Positions 24,484-34,738 of a stretch of DNA of 64,000 nt are shown here, one piece after another. This DNA is from Clostridia bacterium (GTDB taxonomy: Bacteria; Bacillota; Clostridia; Christensenellales; CAG-917): positions 4,042-68,041 of the forward strand of contig JAZLBO010000006.1 in assembly GCA_045613765.1 (NCBI GenBank), written 5' to 3'. Position numbers and translations under genes: made by a program. The notes under the pieces are model-generated. The model saw nothing but the letters and a program-made list of their open reading frames with translations, did not search any database and was not told the origin of the DNA. Each line of letters starts with the position of its first letter. Position 1 is the stretch's first letter.

Positions 24484-27444
24484 TTAGATTTCGCCGTGCA
24501 AGTGACGGATAAGGTTCTTGTCAACTTCGTAGGTGCTACCGGGGCCAATTTCGCCATAGTTGTGTCCATAAGTGAACATATAGATGGGTTTCAAACTGCC
24601 CAAGATTGCACTTGCTGCGCCCTTTGCATCTGCAAAGAGTTCTTGTGAGTTGACCATTTGTATTCTCTCGTCTTCAAAACTATAGACGGGATATGGTGTT
24701 TCAACGATTGATGTGCCAAAGCCTGCGATAAGGAAGCCCAAGTGGAAATATTCTTCATCTTCAACCATAATGCTGTACTCACTGAACTTGTTGCTTTCTT
24801 CAAGGGCTTTTCTTATAAGTCCGTTGAGATCAAGTCCGTTCAAGCCGTCGATTGCATCAAGGAAGTTGAGGACGTTGACTGATTGCCAGTTGTAGATGTC
24901 CCAGAAGCCTGTTTGATTGAGAACAAACGTTCTGCCTTCTGCTTGGTCTTTGAGTGCTCTTTCAACAGATGCAGGATCGGTGTCCTTGACAAAGCCGTCA
25001 AAACGGACTGTCATTGCTGTTGCAAGCATATTGGAAAACACGCAGTTGTTGAGCGTGAGATGTGTATAACTGACCTTATCTCCATTACGTCTGATGGGGG
25101 TGTAGATTGCAGTTTGTGATGTGTTTCTTGCAATACAACCGTCCAACGTGACGTCACTGCCGTAAATACGCAATACCGTTGCAGTATTTTCAAGGATACA
25201 GAATTCAATGACGTTGTTTTCAAGGCGCAAATCGTAGTTGCCACTGTTGATTGATTCAACACGGATACAGTTGCCCACAAGACCTGACGTATCTTCGGGA
25301 TCATCTACGATAATATCTCCAACTTCGCAAGAACGAATGATAACGTTGGACACAGTGACACCACCTTCAATGATACGGATATTTTGGTCACCCGTTGTGC
25401 CGTGATATTGTTCCTTATATCCATAGATCATGTGGCCGTTGCCGTAGAGATTGTTGCGAAGGTGGATTGACGTATCTCTTGTGTATGTGCGCATACGTTT
25501 CAAGTAGTCAAGGCCTGCGCTCTCTCCGTTTTCAAGCCAGAGTGCTTCTTCATCTGCAGAAAGTGCTGTGCCTGCAACCATCTTGTTATTGATTGCTTCA
25601 AGTGCTGTGATGAGTTCATCATTGGGACGGAAACCATCTGCTCTTTGGATATTTTGTGCAAGGCACATATCGTATGTGCGAGCATTACTGTTTGCTTTGC
25701 GCAATTTGTAGTTTTCGTCAGATACTGCAAGCATTTCTGCCCAACTTGTGATATTGACACCATTTGTGACCTTCACTGTAAATTGAACTGTCGTATATTC
25801 AGGACGTGAAGGGAATTTGGGGTATTTTGCAGTGATTGTCACTATGAGTTCACTGTAACTGTCAATGTTGACACTGTTGAAAATCAACGTATTGCCATCA
25901 AACCTTGCCTTGTCGGTGTCAACGAGAACTCTGTCATCCCCAGAACCTTGATATTCTTGAACTTTGAAATCAAATGCAGAATAGAATTCTTCTTCGTTGG
26001 CGTTTTCAGGAAGTGAAGGACGCAAGAACTTGAAGTCGAAACTATTGTCTTTCTTTGTAAGGTTGAAGTCTGCAAGTTTAGGCACGTAAGTGTCGGGGTT
26101 TGTGACGTTGGCAAAAAGATTGACGTAAACCATACTGCCGTTGATTGTTTCCCCTGCTATACCTGCACTTTCGCACTCGTCGGGTGTTTCAATCAAAAGG
26201 ACTGTGACGATTTCTCTTACGTTGATTGTAAAGGTATAACTCTTGCCATCTCCGGTGGTTGCAGTGATTTCTGCTCTGCCGTTGCTGACACCTGTCACTG
26301 TGCCGTCTTCACTGACTTGTGCAATGGAAGGACGGTTTGATGACCAAGTGACGTCAGGTCTGCTCGTTGTAAAGCAATCTGCAAAACTTGCTGTGAGATA
26401 GAGTTTGCCACCTGTAGGAAGGACGTAGCCACCACTTTCTTGTGCTTCAAAGAGATTTGCGTTGTCAATGATGATTGCACCTTCTTCGCACTTGGTGATA
26501 CTGACTGTTGTGCCGTTGACGTCAATGATTGCAATATCATCAGTGATGACAATTCCGTCACCTGCTGAATTGAGTTCTGCACCAACACCAATTGTCACGT
26601 TGTCTTTGTTTACACCAAGTTGTGAGAACAAGATTTCATCTCTTGATGTGACAATATTGTTGCCGTAGAGCGTCACACCGTCTTTGACTGTGATTGTCAC
26701 TGACTTTGAAACAAACCTGTTTGTTTCGCCAAAGACACTTGCTTTGACTGTCACTGTTGATGTGCCTGCACCGACTGCATTAATGACACCGTTGCTGTCA
26801 ACTGTCAAAACGTCGGTGTTGCTGCTTGTATAAATCCACGTATCTACGATTGCTTCAACGGGGTCTGTTTCCACTTGAAGAAGTGCATTTTGACCGATTG
26901 CCATTTCTGTGGGGCAATTAATCTCAATTTTTTCAACCTTAAAACCAACCACATACACAAAGCAAGTGGCTGTGTGGGTTTCTGCTTGCACCTTCAACTT
27001 AAATGAGCAATATGTGTTGATATGCAAATATCCTTTTGGTCCACAAGTTGAATCTTCAATGTCCCCAAGGACTTCTTCTCTTGACACATCTACGCTGTTG
27101 TGTACAAAGGCAGGTGCAGGTGCAGAGCCTTCTTTCCACATACTTGCATATTCGCTGTCAATACACACAAGGTTTTCAATGCTCCAAGTATAGTTCTTGT
27201 TGCTTGCCCTATCGGGTGTAATCGTCACGTCAAAGAGATCTGACAACTTGTAGGTTGAGTTGGCAGAATTGTATTCTAATTCTAAATAATCTTTGTTCGG
27301 TTGCTTGTACTGCTCACTTATTTCAAGAGTGATATCATCAACTGCGATATGTGTTCTCATGGAAACGAAGACACTGACAAGTGCCACCACCAGAACGATT
27401 ATCACAGGGATAATGACAAGGATGCCGATCATTACTTTTTTCAT
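24484..27444 (-). CDS. Membrane-anchored extracytoplasmic protein with Big_2 Ig-like domains and a right-handed beta-helix-like C-terminal half
   Basis: 986 aa. N-terminal TM MIGILVIIPVIIVLVVALVSVFV. Big_2 signatures VLTVDSNGVINAVGAGTSTVTVKA and IAQVSEDGTVTGVSNGRAEITATT. PbH1-like repeats (VSNVIIRSCEVGD.., NNVIEFCILENT.., LNNCVFSN). AAGGAG RBS. Confidence 0.65.
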   Translation of the reverse strand: MKKVMIGILVIIPVIIVLVVALVSVFVSMRTHIAVDDITLEISEQYKQPNKDYLELEYNSANSTYKLSDLFDVTITPDRASNKNYTWSIENLVCIDSEYASMWKEGSAPAPAFVHNSVDVSREEVLGDIEDSTCGPKGYLHINTYCSFKLKVQAETHTATCFVYVVGFKVEKIEINCPTEMAIGQNALLQVETDPVEAIVDTWIYTSSNTDVLTVDSNGVINAVGAGTSTVTVKASVFGETNRFVSKSVTITVKDGVTLYGNNIVTSRDEILFSQLGVNKDNVTIGVGAELNSAGDGIVITDDIAIIDVNGTTVSITKCEEGAIIIDNANLFEAQESGGYVLPTGGKLYLTASFADCFTTSRPDVTWSSNRPSIAQVSEDGTVTGVSNGRAEITATTGDGKSYTFTINVREIVTVLLIETPDECESAGIAGETINGSMVYVNLFANVTNPDTYVPKLADFNLTKKDNSFDFKFLRPSLPENANEEEFYSAFDFKVQEYQGSGDDRVLVDTDKARFDGNTLIFNSVNIDSYSELIVTITAKYPKFPSRPEYTTVQFTVKVTNGVNITSWAEMLAVSDENYKLRKANSNARTYDMCLAQNIQRADGFRPNDELITALEAINNKMVAGTALSADEEALWLENGESAGLDYLKRMRTYTRDTSIHLRNNLYGNGHMIYGYKEQYHGTTGDQNIRIIEGGVTVSNVIIRSCEVGDIIVDDPEDTSGLVGNCIRVESINSGNYDLRLENNVIEFCILENTATVLRIYGSDVTLDGCIARNTSQTAIYTPIRRNGDKVSYTHLTLNNCVFSNMLATAMTVRFDGFVKDTDPASVERALKDQAEGRTFVLNQTGFWDIYNWQSVNVLNFLDAIDGLNGLDLNGLIRKALEESNKFSEYSIMVEDEEYFHLGFLIAGFGTSIVETPYPVYSFEDERIQMVNSQELFADAKGAASAILGSLKPIYMFTYGHNYGEIGPGSTYEVDKNLIRHLHGEI

Positions 27445-27487
27445 AATATCTCCTTGGCAGTCTAAAAGACTGCCGTCAATTCAAAGT

Positions 27488-29200
27488 TTACGGAACTATC
27501 TTTTGATAGCGCTTTTCAAGGTTGACAAACAACAGACAGGCACTGCCAATCAAGATTGCAGCAGACACGCCAATGAGTATGCCATAGACCTCTGCAGGTT
27601 TCATATCAAACACTACACTGCCCAGTGTCAAGCCTTGGAAACTGAACACCATTGCAAATACGCCGTAAAGCACTGCTGTAAATATGCCTACAAACAATGC
27701 AAGTGCCACGTTTTTGTTGGCAGAAACCAACTCGCCGTCGCCACTGACGTTGAAGGTGGGTGACTTGATGTCTGCCCATATTGAAAGGCAAGTTTCTGCA
27801 AGGACAACCAATTCACTGATGATGAATATCATGCCCACGTCAAGGGGTGTCAACAGATTGCCCCCTGCTTCCGTTGCAAAGGCGATTGCCACCGTCACAC
27901 AACAAAGCACCACTGATGCCGTTGCCACAATGCCGTAAAGGAACAACTTTGTGAGAATTTGATTTGTGAAACTGACGGGGATTATCTTCGTATGATAGAA
28001 TACGTTGCCTTCTCTTGAAATTGAGGTTGATGCAAATGAAACTATGATTGTGACGAAGATGATGATGACAAGAAGTGTCAAGCCGGGCACGATGGTTGTG
28101 CCGACACTCTTTGTGCCCATTGCGCTTGCGAGTGCGTTGCAATAGTACACCATAACAGGTGCTGCGCATGCCATTGCGAGATATTGGAAGGAATAGTTGA
28201 AACTTCTAAAAATCAAGAAGAACTCTCTGTTGAGCAATGTGCCAAAGACACTGCGCACTTTGTTTTTCTTGTTGAGTTTGACCAATGATTCCTTTTCGCT
28301 TTCAATACCTTTCAAGATTGTGCCGTAATAGCACTTTGTTGTGACGAAAAATGCGCCCACGCCAAGTGCTGCATTGATAAGGAACAACCAAAGGAAAGCA
28401 AGACCAAGGTCGCCACCTGTAAGACCTGCTTGCACTTTGCCGTTGAGCAAGTATGCATACCAGTTGAAGGGATAGCAGTTGCTTGCAAACTTGACTATGC
28501 TTTCATAGATTGTGGGATCATCAAAGAGGTTTACTCTGTTGGTTGCAAGATATTCAAGAACGCTTGAGAGTGCTGTCATATATGCAACAAAGCAAGCACA
28601 GATTGCAATGATGATCATAATCAACACCAAAAGGAATTGGTTTTTGATTACGTTGACAATCTTCATCACGGGGATTGCAATAAGGTTGGCGACAAAGAAG
28701 GGGAACAACGTTTGGAAAAGCACCATTGCGATTGATGCAAAATAATATCCTACGTTTGCCCCTGTGATTGCTCCAAATACTACGTGGAAAGGGAGTGTGA
28801 TGAGCACTGTCACCACAAGATTGTGCAAAGCACAATAGATTGACTTTGCAATGAGAATTTCTGCGCCACTGACAGGGAATCGCAAAAGCAATTCGTTGTC
28901 ACCGTTCATATAAAGGTTTTTGACGACGGTGGACACTGCGACAATGGTTGAGATGCCTATTGTCAAAAGGTTGGCAATGGTCAAAAACTCAATGCGAAGC
29001 CCTGCTCTTTTGACAAACATATTTGAGAAGAAGTATATGCCTGTCACAAGCATGCCGTAAAGGACAAGACCAAAGATGAAGTTCATCACCTTCATTGCTT
29101 TGTCCTTTTTGCCCATTTCGTGAGCATTGTCTTTTCTTGACCTAAGGTCAAGACGGAAAAGCGTCAGTACGCTTTGCCAAGAGATACTGCCGTTTTTCAT
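27488..29200 (-). CDS. Multi-pass membrane protein, putative ABC exporter permease
   Basis: 570 aa with at least 10 predicted hydrophobic helices. Its start overlaps the stop of the upstream ABC ATPase (TAATG). Confidence 0.65.
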   Translation of the reverse strand: MKNGSISWQSVLTLFRLDLRSRKDNAHEMGKKDKAMKVMNFIFGLVLYGMLVTGIYFFSNMFVKRAGLRIEFLTIANLLTIGISTIVAVSTVVKNLYMNGDNELLLRFPVSGAEILIAKSIYCALHNLVVTVLITLPFHVVFGAITGANVGYYFASIAMVLFQTLFPFFVANLIAIPVMKIVNVIKNQFLLVLIMIIIAICACFVAYMTALSSVLEYLATNRVNLFDDPTIYESIVKFASNCYPFNWYAYLLNGKVQAGLTGGDLGLAFLWLFLINAALGVGAFFVTTKCYYGTILKGIESEKESLVKLNKKNKVRSVFGTLLNREFFLIFRSFNYSFQYLAMACAAPVMVYYCNALASAMGTKSVGTTIVPGLTLLVIIIFVTIIVSFASTSISREGNVFYHTKIIPVSFTNQILTKLFLYGIVATASVVLCCVTVAIAFATEAGGNLLTPLDVGMIFIISELVVLAETCLSIWADIKSPTFNVSGDGELVSANKNVALALFVGIFTAVLYGVFAMVFSFQGLTLGSVVFDMKPAEVYGILIGVSAAILIGSACLLFVNLEKRYQKIVP

Positions 29201-30036
29201 TATTTTTCCTCTTTTGTTTCAGTGGGTGTCACGTCTTCTGTTTCAGTTTCTTCTGCAGGAAGTTCTGGACGCATATCTTCACTCTCTTGTGATGCGTAGT
29301 CTTCAAAAAGACGCTTTTCATAAGTGCCTGTGATTTTGAAGAATCTTTCTTCAAGGTTGGCTTTGTTTTGTTCGTTGTTTTTCAAATCAAACATATCAAT
29401 GAGTTGTCCGTCATTGATGATTGCCACTCTATCACAAAGTTTCTTGACAAGGTCAAGGTTGTGTGAACTGAAAAATACTGTATTACCTTTTCTGCAGTGC
29501 TCACGCATATATGCGATAATTTCTGCCGTTGATTGAGGGTCAAGACCCATCATAGGTTCATCAAGCACCCAGAGTTTAGGTTCGTGGATGAGGGCTGCAA
29601 TGATACAAATCTTTTGTTTCATGCCGTGTGAGTATGCCTTGATTTGTCTATCCACTGCAAAGCGAAGACGGAAAAGGTCAAGATAGTGTTCAAGACGTGC
29701 TGTTCTGTCCTCAAGGGACACCTTGTAGAGATCTGCAACATAGTTGACGTATTCTCTGCCCGTCAATTTTTCATAAACAGAGTGGTTGTCGGGGACGTAG
29801 CCCATTTCCATTTTTGCTTTAATAGGTTCTTTTTGCATATCGTAGCCACAAATTTCAATTGTGCCACTGTCAAAAGGCAAGATGCCTGTAAGACACTTGA
29901 TTGTTGTGGACTTGCCTGCGCCGTTTTGTCCAAGGAAACCGAAGATTTCACCGGGTTTCAACTCGATGGAAATATCGTTGACTGCAAGTCTGTCACTTTT
30001 GGGGTAAGTTTTCTTCAAATTTTTAATTGTTAGCAT
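29200..30036 (-). CDS. ABC transporter ATP-binding protein with an acidic C-terminal tail
   Basis: The track ORF extends to 30162. I prefer the ATG at 30036 (MLTIKNLKKTY, AGGAGA RBS). Walker A GQNGAGKST, signature-like SHGMKQK, Walker B LWVLDEP. Confidence 0.88.
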   Translation of the reverse strand: MLTIKNLKKTYPKSDRLAVNDISIELKPGEIFGFLGQNGAGKSTTIKCLTGILPFDSGTIEICGYDMQKEPIKAKMEMGYVPDNHSVYEKLTGREYVNYVADLYKVSLEDRTARLEHYLDLFRLRFAVDRQIKAYSHGMKQKICIIAALIHEPKLWVLDEPMMGLDPQSTAEIIAYMREHCRKGNTVFFSSHNLDLVKKLCDRVAIINDGQLIDMFDLKNNEQNKANLEERFFKITGTYEKRLFEDYASQESEDMRPELPAEETETEDVTPTETKEEK

Positions 30037-30479
30037 AAGATTTTCTCCTGCTTTTTGTCTGCAATTTTGTGTTTTATTTCTGTCTTTCAACTTTTGTCTT
30101 GCGTGTGCATAAGGTGTGTGCGCACGCAATAAAGAAAATGCAACGGCAAAAATATGCAACATTGCACCTTATCATTTTAACACCACCAACCGTTTCTGTC
30201 AACGATTAAATTATTACATAATTTCCCGTTGGATTTTGGGGGGTTTTAATGAACAAAAAGTGATTTTTGATGATGTTTTATGTAAGTTTTTGCTTTGTGA
30301 CAATAAATAATCTAAATTTTTCAAAAAAATTTTCAAAGAGTGCAAAATTGGGGGTGCTTTTTGCTTGACTTAAACTTTCAAATAGTGCTATATATCATTG
30401 ACACTTAAATTTACAAGATATAAACCTTTGAATTTTTCAAGTGAATTTACGGCAGATTAAATGATTTTTTAGGATAAAT

Positions 30480-32048
30480 ATGGCACAAGAACTCACATCA
30501 AAAAAACTTGGCACAATGCCCATTGGCAAACTCATTTTCTCTATGAGTGGCCCTGCAATTCTTTCAATGCTTGTTCAAGCACTTTACAACATTGTTGACA
30601 GCATTTTTATCGGCATGTACGACCCTACAAACGGCGTTCTTGCTCTTTCATACGCATTGCCAATTCAGTTGCTTGTCAACGCCTTTGGCGTTGGTCTTGC
30701 AGTTGGCACAGGCTCAATGATCTCTCGTCTTCTCGGCGAAGGCAAAAATAAAGAGGCAGGACTCACTGCTCAAACAGGTCTTTTGCTCGCCCTAATTATG
30801 AGTGCCGTATTTGCAATTTCAGGCTACTTTATTGCACACGCTTTTGTGGGTATTTACACAGATGACCCCGTCATCTACAAGATGTCTGCCGATTATCTTA
30901 CAATCTGCACTTGTTGTTCATTTGGTATGATGATTGAAATTATGTTCAACCGTATTTTGCAATCAATGGGCAATATGATTATCCCTATGATAACTCAAAT
31001 CGTGGGCGCAGTTGTCAACATCATCCTTGACCCAATCCTCATCAGTGTGGCAGGTATGGGAGCAGTGGGTGCTGCTGTTGCAACCATCATTGGACAAATT
31101 GTGGCAATGTGCGTGCCTATCTTCATCATCATAAAGGACAAGAGCAAGTTTGACGTGGATATATTCTTTACAAAAGAATATCGTCTGCGCAAAAATATCT
31201 TGGGTGGCATTTTGCAAGTTGGCTTGCCCACTATCGTTATGAACTCAATCGGTTCAATTATGTATATGATTGCCAACACCCTTCTCAACGGCTTTACAAC
31301 ACCCATCAACGACAACGGCACAACCAAGGATTTTGCAGTTGGCGTGTGGGCATTTGGCATCTACTTCAAACTCAATTCATTTGCATTTATGCCTTGCTTT
31401 GGGCTCAACCAAGGTTGTATCCCCATCATGGGCTACAACTACGGTGCAAACATTAGAAAGCGCTTTGACAAGACCTTCCGTCTGTCAATCATCATTGCAC
31501 TTTCATATATGACCTTTGCAACAATCTTGTTCCACGCAATGCCCGTGCCTTTCCTTAAGTTGTTCTCTGCCCCCAATGATGCAGTTGTGCTCTTTGAAGG
31601 TGCAAGAGCCTTGCGTCTCTGCTCTCTTGCATTTATCCCTGCAGCAGTCAGTGTCATCACCATTGCAATGTTCAATGCAGTTGGACACGGCATCAAGGCA
31701 ATGCTCATGTCAATCCTTCGTCAAATTGGATTGCTCATCCCCCTTGCAATTGTGCTTTCACAATTCACTGAACTTGGCATGGTCGGCTTCTGGATTTCCT
31801 TCCCCATTTCAGAAGCAGTGTCCCTTGCAATCTTCTTCCCCATCGCACTTGCAACCATCAAAAAGATCTTCTTGAAGAAAGACCTTGAAATGCCTGCATC
31901 AATGGTGGAAGGTTTGTTCCCCACACCCTCTCTCGACGCTGAAAATGACGGCAAAGAAAATGGTGTTGAAGACGAATTGGCAGAAGATGAAAACACCACA
32001 ATTCTTGAAACAGAAAACGACGTTGAAATAAGCGAAGAAATCGCATAA
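30480..32048 (+). CDS. MATE-family efflux transporter with an acidic C-terminal tail
   Basis: 522 aa. The N-terminus PIGKLIFSMSGPAILSMLVQALYNIVDSIFIG is typical of MATE/NorM-like pumps, with a 12-TM profile. Confidence 0.85.
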   Translation: MAQELTSKKLGTMPIGKLIFSMSGPAILSMLVQALYNIVDSIFIGMYDPTNGVLALSYALPIQLLVNAFGVGLAVGTGSMISRLLGEGKNKEAGLTAQTGLLLALIMSAVFAISGYFIAHAFVGIYTDDPVIYKMSADYLTICTCCSFGMMIEIMFNRILQSMGNMIIPMITQIVGAVVNIILDPILISVAGMGAVGAAVATIIGQIVAMCVPIFIIIKDKSKFDVDIFFTKEYRLRKNILGGILQVGLPTIVMNSIGSIMYMIANTLLNGFTTPINDNGTTKDFAVGVWAFGIYFKLNSFAFMPCFGLNQGCIPIMGYNYGANIRKRFDKTFRLSIIIALSYMTFATILFHAMPVPFLKLFSAPNDAVVLFEGARALRLCSLAFIPAAVSVITIAMFNAVGHGIKAMLMSILRQIGLLIPLAIVLSQFTELGMVGFWISFPISEAVSLAIFFPIALATIKKIFLKKDLEMPASMVEGLFPTPSLDAENDGKENGVEDELAEDENTTILETENDVEISEEIA

Positions 32049-32176
32049 AAAAGGTTTTATAATTGTCAAAATGACACATAAACATTGTGTTGTTTGATTT
32101 GAAAGGATAATATGCGCCCTAAAAATACAACAAATTTGGGGGCAAAAAATATCAAATAAAATGCAAAAATTCAATC

Positions 32177-32208
32177 AAAAAAGGCACTCGATTTGAGTGC
32201 CTTTTTTT
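32177..32208. terminator. Bidirectional intrinsic terminator between the MATE gene and gpmI
   Basis: A6-GGCACTC-gattt-GAGTGCC-T7. Confidence 0.8.
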
Positions 32209-32250
32209 GTTGTAAAATCTGTTGTGAAGATGAGTTTTGTCTTCAAACGA

Positions 32251-33816
32251 TTACTTGATCATTGCCTTATCCCAGTTGGCATTGGGTTCAAGACCCATAA
32301 GTTTTGCAACTGTTGCAGCAACGTTTGAAAGACCATATTCGCCATCTTCGATTTCAACATCTGCATTGTAGATGATGAAAGGAACGGGGTTAAGACTGTG
32401 TGCTGTACGCACTGCTGTCTTGCCTTTCTTGTTCATTTCAAGCATTTCATCTGCATTGCCGTGGTCTGCTGTAATGACAAGGATTGAGCCTGATTTGTCA
32501 ATGACGGGAAGAAGACGCTTGAGTGCAAGGTCAACTGCTTCTACGCCGATAATTGTAGCGTCAAGACTGCCTGTATGACCAACCATATCCCCGTTGGGAT
32601 AGTTGCAACGGATGAATTGATATTTGCCACTTTCAATGGCGTTGATGACTGCATCTGTGACTTCTGCTGACTTCATCCAAGGACGTTCATCAAAGGACAC
32701 TTTGTCACTTTCGATTTCTGCCCATGTTTCAAGTGTATCACTGAACTTTTCACTTCTGTTGCCGTTCCAGAAATATGTCACGTGGCCGTACTTTTGTGTT
32801 TCGCTCACTGCGTAAGAGTTGATGCCGTGGTTGACACAGAACTCTGAGAGCGTGTGCTTAATTTTGGGAGGTTCAACCAAGAAACGCTTGGGAAGTGCCA
32901 AATCTCCGTCATATTGGAGCATGCCTGCATACATAACTTTGGGCATATCCTTACGGTCAAAGCCGTCAAATTCTGCATTGTCAAATGCCATAGAGAGTTC
33001 GATTGCTCTATCTCCACGGAAGTTGAAAAGAATGACGCTATCGTTGTCTTTCATTGCGCCAACGGGTGCTCCGTTTTCTGCAACGACAAAGGCAGGAAGG
33101 TCTTGGTCGATAATGCCGGGATTGTCTGCTCTAAACTTCTCAACTGCTTCTGTTGCGCTTGAAAAGGCAGTTCCTTCACCATAAACGTGTGTATAAAAGC
33201 CTTTTTTGACCATATCCCAGTTGGCGAAGTATCTGTCCATTGTGATGGTCATTCTGCCACCACCTGATGCGATTCTGCCATCAAATGTGCTGTCGTTGAG
33301 TTCTGCAAGTGCGCTTTCAAGTTGGTCGATATACACAAGCGCAGATGTTGCAGGCACGTCACGTCCGTCAAGAAGAACGTGGATGCGAACTCTTTGAACA
33401 CCATCATTTTTTGCGCCCTTTACAAGTGCGATAAGATGGCCGATATTGCTGTGAACGTTGCCGTCTGAAAGAAGGCCGATAAAGTGCATTGTGGACTTGT
33501 TGTCAACACAGTTATCCTTGAGGGTTGTCCAAGCAGATGACTTGAAGATTTCGCCACTTTCAATTGCTTCTTCAACGAGTTTTGCGCCTTGTGAATAGAC
33601 TTGACCACAACCAAGTGCGTTGTGACCGACTTCACTGTTGCCCATATCGTCATCAGAAGGAAGACCAACTGCTGTGCCGTGTGCTTTGATATAGGTATGG
33701 GGGCAAGTTGCAAGAAGTTTGTCAAGGACGGGTGTGTTTGCAAGAGTGACGGCATCTCCAAGGCCAGTCTTTGACTTGCCTATGCCGTCCATTACTACGA
33801 GAACGATATTTTTCAT
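32251..33816 (-). CDS. gpmI: 2,3-bisphosphoglycerate-independent phosphoglycerate mutase
   Basis: MKNIVLVVMDGIG..., DDDMGNSEVGHNALG, ITADHGNA. The track ORF starts at a TTG at 33870. The ATG at 33816 matches the usual GpmI N-terminus but has no obvious SD. Confidence 0.92.
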   Translation of the reverse strand: MKNIVLVVMDGIGKSKTGLGDAVTLANTPVLDKLLATCPHTYIKAHGTAVGLPSDDDMGNSEVGHNALGCGQVYSQGAKLVEEAIESGEIFKSSAWTTLKDNCVDNKSTMHFIGLLSDGNVHSNIGHLIALVKGAKNDGVQRVRIHVLLDGRDVPATSALVYIDQLESALAELNDSTFDGRIASGGGRMTITMDRYFANWDMVKKGFYTHVYGEGTAFSSATEAVEKFRADNPGIIDQDLPAFVVAENGAPVGAMKDNDSVILFNFRGDRAIELSMAFDNAEFDGFDRKDMPKVMYAGMLQYDGDLALPKRFLVEPPKIKHTLSEFCVNHGINSYAVSETQKYGHVTYFWNGNRSEKFSDTLETWAEIESDKVSFDERPWMKSAEVTDAVINAIESGKYQFIRCNYPNGDMVGHTGSLDATIIGVEAVDLALKRLLPVIDKSGSILVITADHGNADEMLEMNKKGKTAVRTAHSLNPVPFIIYNADVEIEDGEYGLSNVAATVAKLMGLEPNANWDKAMIK

Positions 33817-33873
33817 AATAAAACAATCTGCACCGAAACAAGTTTCGGTGTTTCGGCGCAGTCCTTTCAAATA

Positions 33874-34623
33874 TTAATAGTTTACGACTTGTGAGAAATC
33901 TACTGCTTTGAGTGATGCACCACCAATAAGACCACCGTCAATGTTGGGTTGTGCCATAAGTTCACTTGCGTTCTTGGGGTTCATACTTCCACCGTATTGG
34001 ATGCGAAGTTTGTTTGCAAGTTTTCTGCCGTAGAGTTTTGCAATCATTGAACGGATGTTCTTGATTGTTTCTTCTGCTTGTTCGCTTGTTGCTGTCTTGC
34101 CTGTGCCGATTGCCCAGACGGGTTCGTATGCGATTACGATATTCTTGAGTTCTTCTGCATCAATGCCTTCAAATGCGCCATTGACTTGCTTACGAAGGAC
34201 TGACTTTGTGCGATTCTTTTCACGTTGTTCAAGTGTTTCGCCTACGCAGATAATGGGTTTAAGACCACTTGCAAGTGCTGCCTTTGTGCGTGCATTGACT
34301 GTTGCATCGGTTTCGCCAAAGTATTGACGGCGTTCGCTATGGCCGATAATGACGTATTCAACACCAAGTTCAACAAGCATTTTTGCACTGATTTCGCCTG
34401 TAAATGCACCCTTTTCTGCCCAGTGAACGTTTTCTGCACCGACTTTGATGTTTGAACCCTTTGTGAGTTCAACTGCTGCCATAAGGTCTGTGTAAGGTGT
34501 GCAGATAACGACGTCACATTTTGCATCTTTGACAAGGGGCTTGAGTTCTTCGATAAGAGCCTTTGTTTCTGCGATGGTGTTGTTCATTTTCCAGTTGCCT
34601 GCGATGATAGGTTTTCTTGCCAT
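33874..34623 (-). CDS. tpiA: Triosephosphate isomerase
   Basis: 249 aa. PIIAGNWKMN, IIGHSERR, AYEPVWAIGTG. Confidence 0.95.
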   Translation of the reverse strand: MARKPIIAGNWKMNNTIAETKALIEELKPLVKDAKCDVVICTPYTDLMAAVELTKGSNIKVGAENVHWAEKGAFTGEISAKMLVELGVEYVIIGHSERRQYFGETDATVNARTKAALASGLKPIICVGETLEQREKNRTKSVLRKQVNGAFEGIDAEELKNIVIAYEPVWAIGTGKTATSEQAEETIKNIRSMIAKLYGRKLANKLRIQYGGSMNPKNASELMAQPNIDGGLIGGASLKAVDFSQVVNY

Positions 34624-34738
34624 ATTATTTAGTTTCTCCTGTACAAGATTGTGTGTTATTTTGTATTCGTCTTTGACTTACGTCTAAAAGACGTACGGCA
34701 CAATCAAGAGCCTTGTTGTGCCGTGGTTTAGAGTGTGC

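Noticed and set aside
30099-30129. GC-rich hairpin TTGCGTGTGC-N11-GCGCACGCAA in the ABC operon leader, resembling an inverted GCGTGC-rich segment upstream of holA (59423-57)
   Set aside because: The second site forms only a weak, bulged hairpin, and the similarity is limited to GTGCATA(T)AAG plus alternating GC/GT runs. That is insufficient to call a shared element.
33817-33870. N-terminal extensions offered by the track for gpmI (33870), the ABC ATPase (30162), GNAT (37957), the dnaD-like gene (42915), spoVT (42045), holA (59452), paralogue 2 (53935) and the LRR protein (20182)
   Set aside because: The extensions start at non-ATG or RBS-less codons, overlap upstream genes or terminators, and precede internal ATGs that have good SD sequences and match the usual family N-termini.
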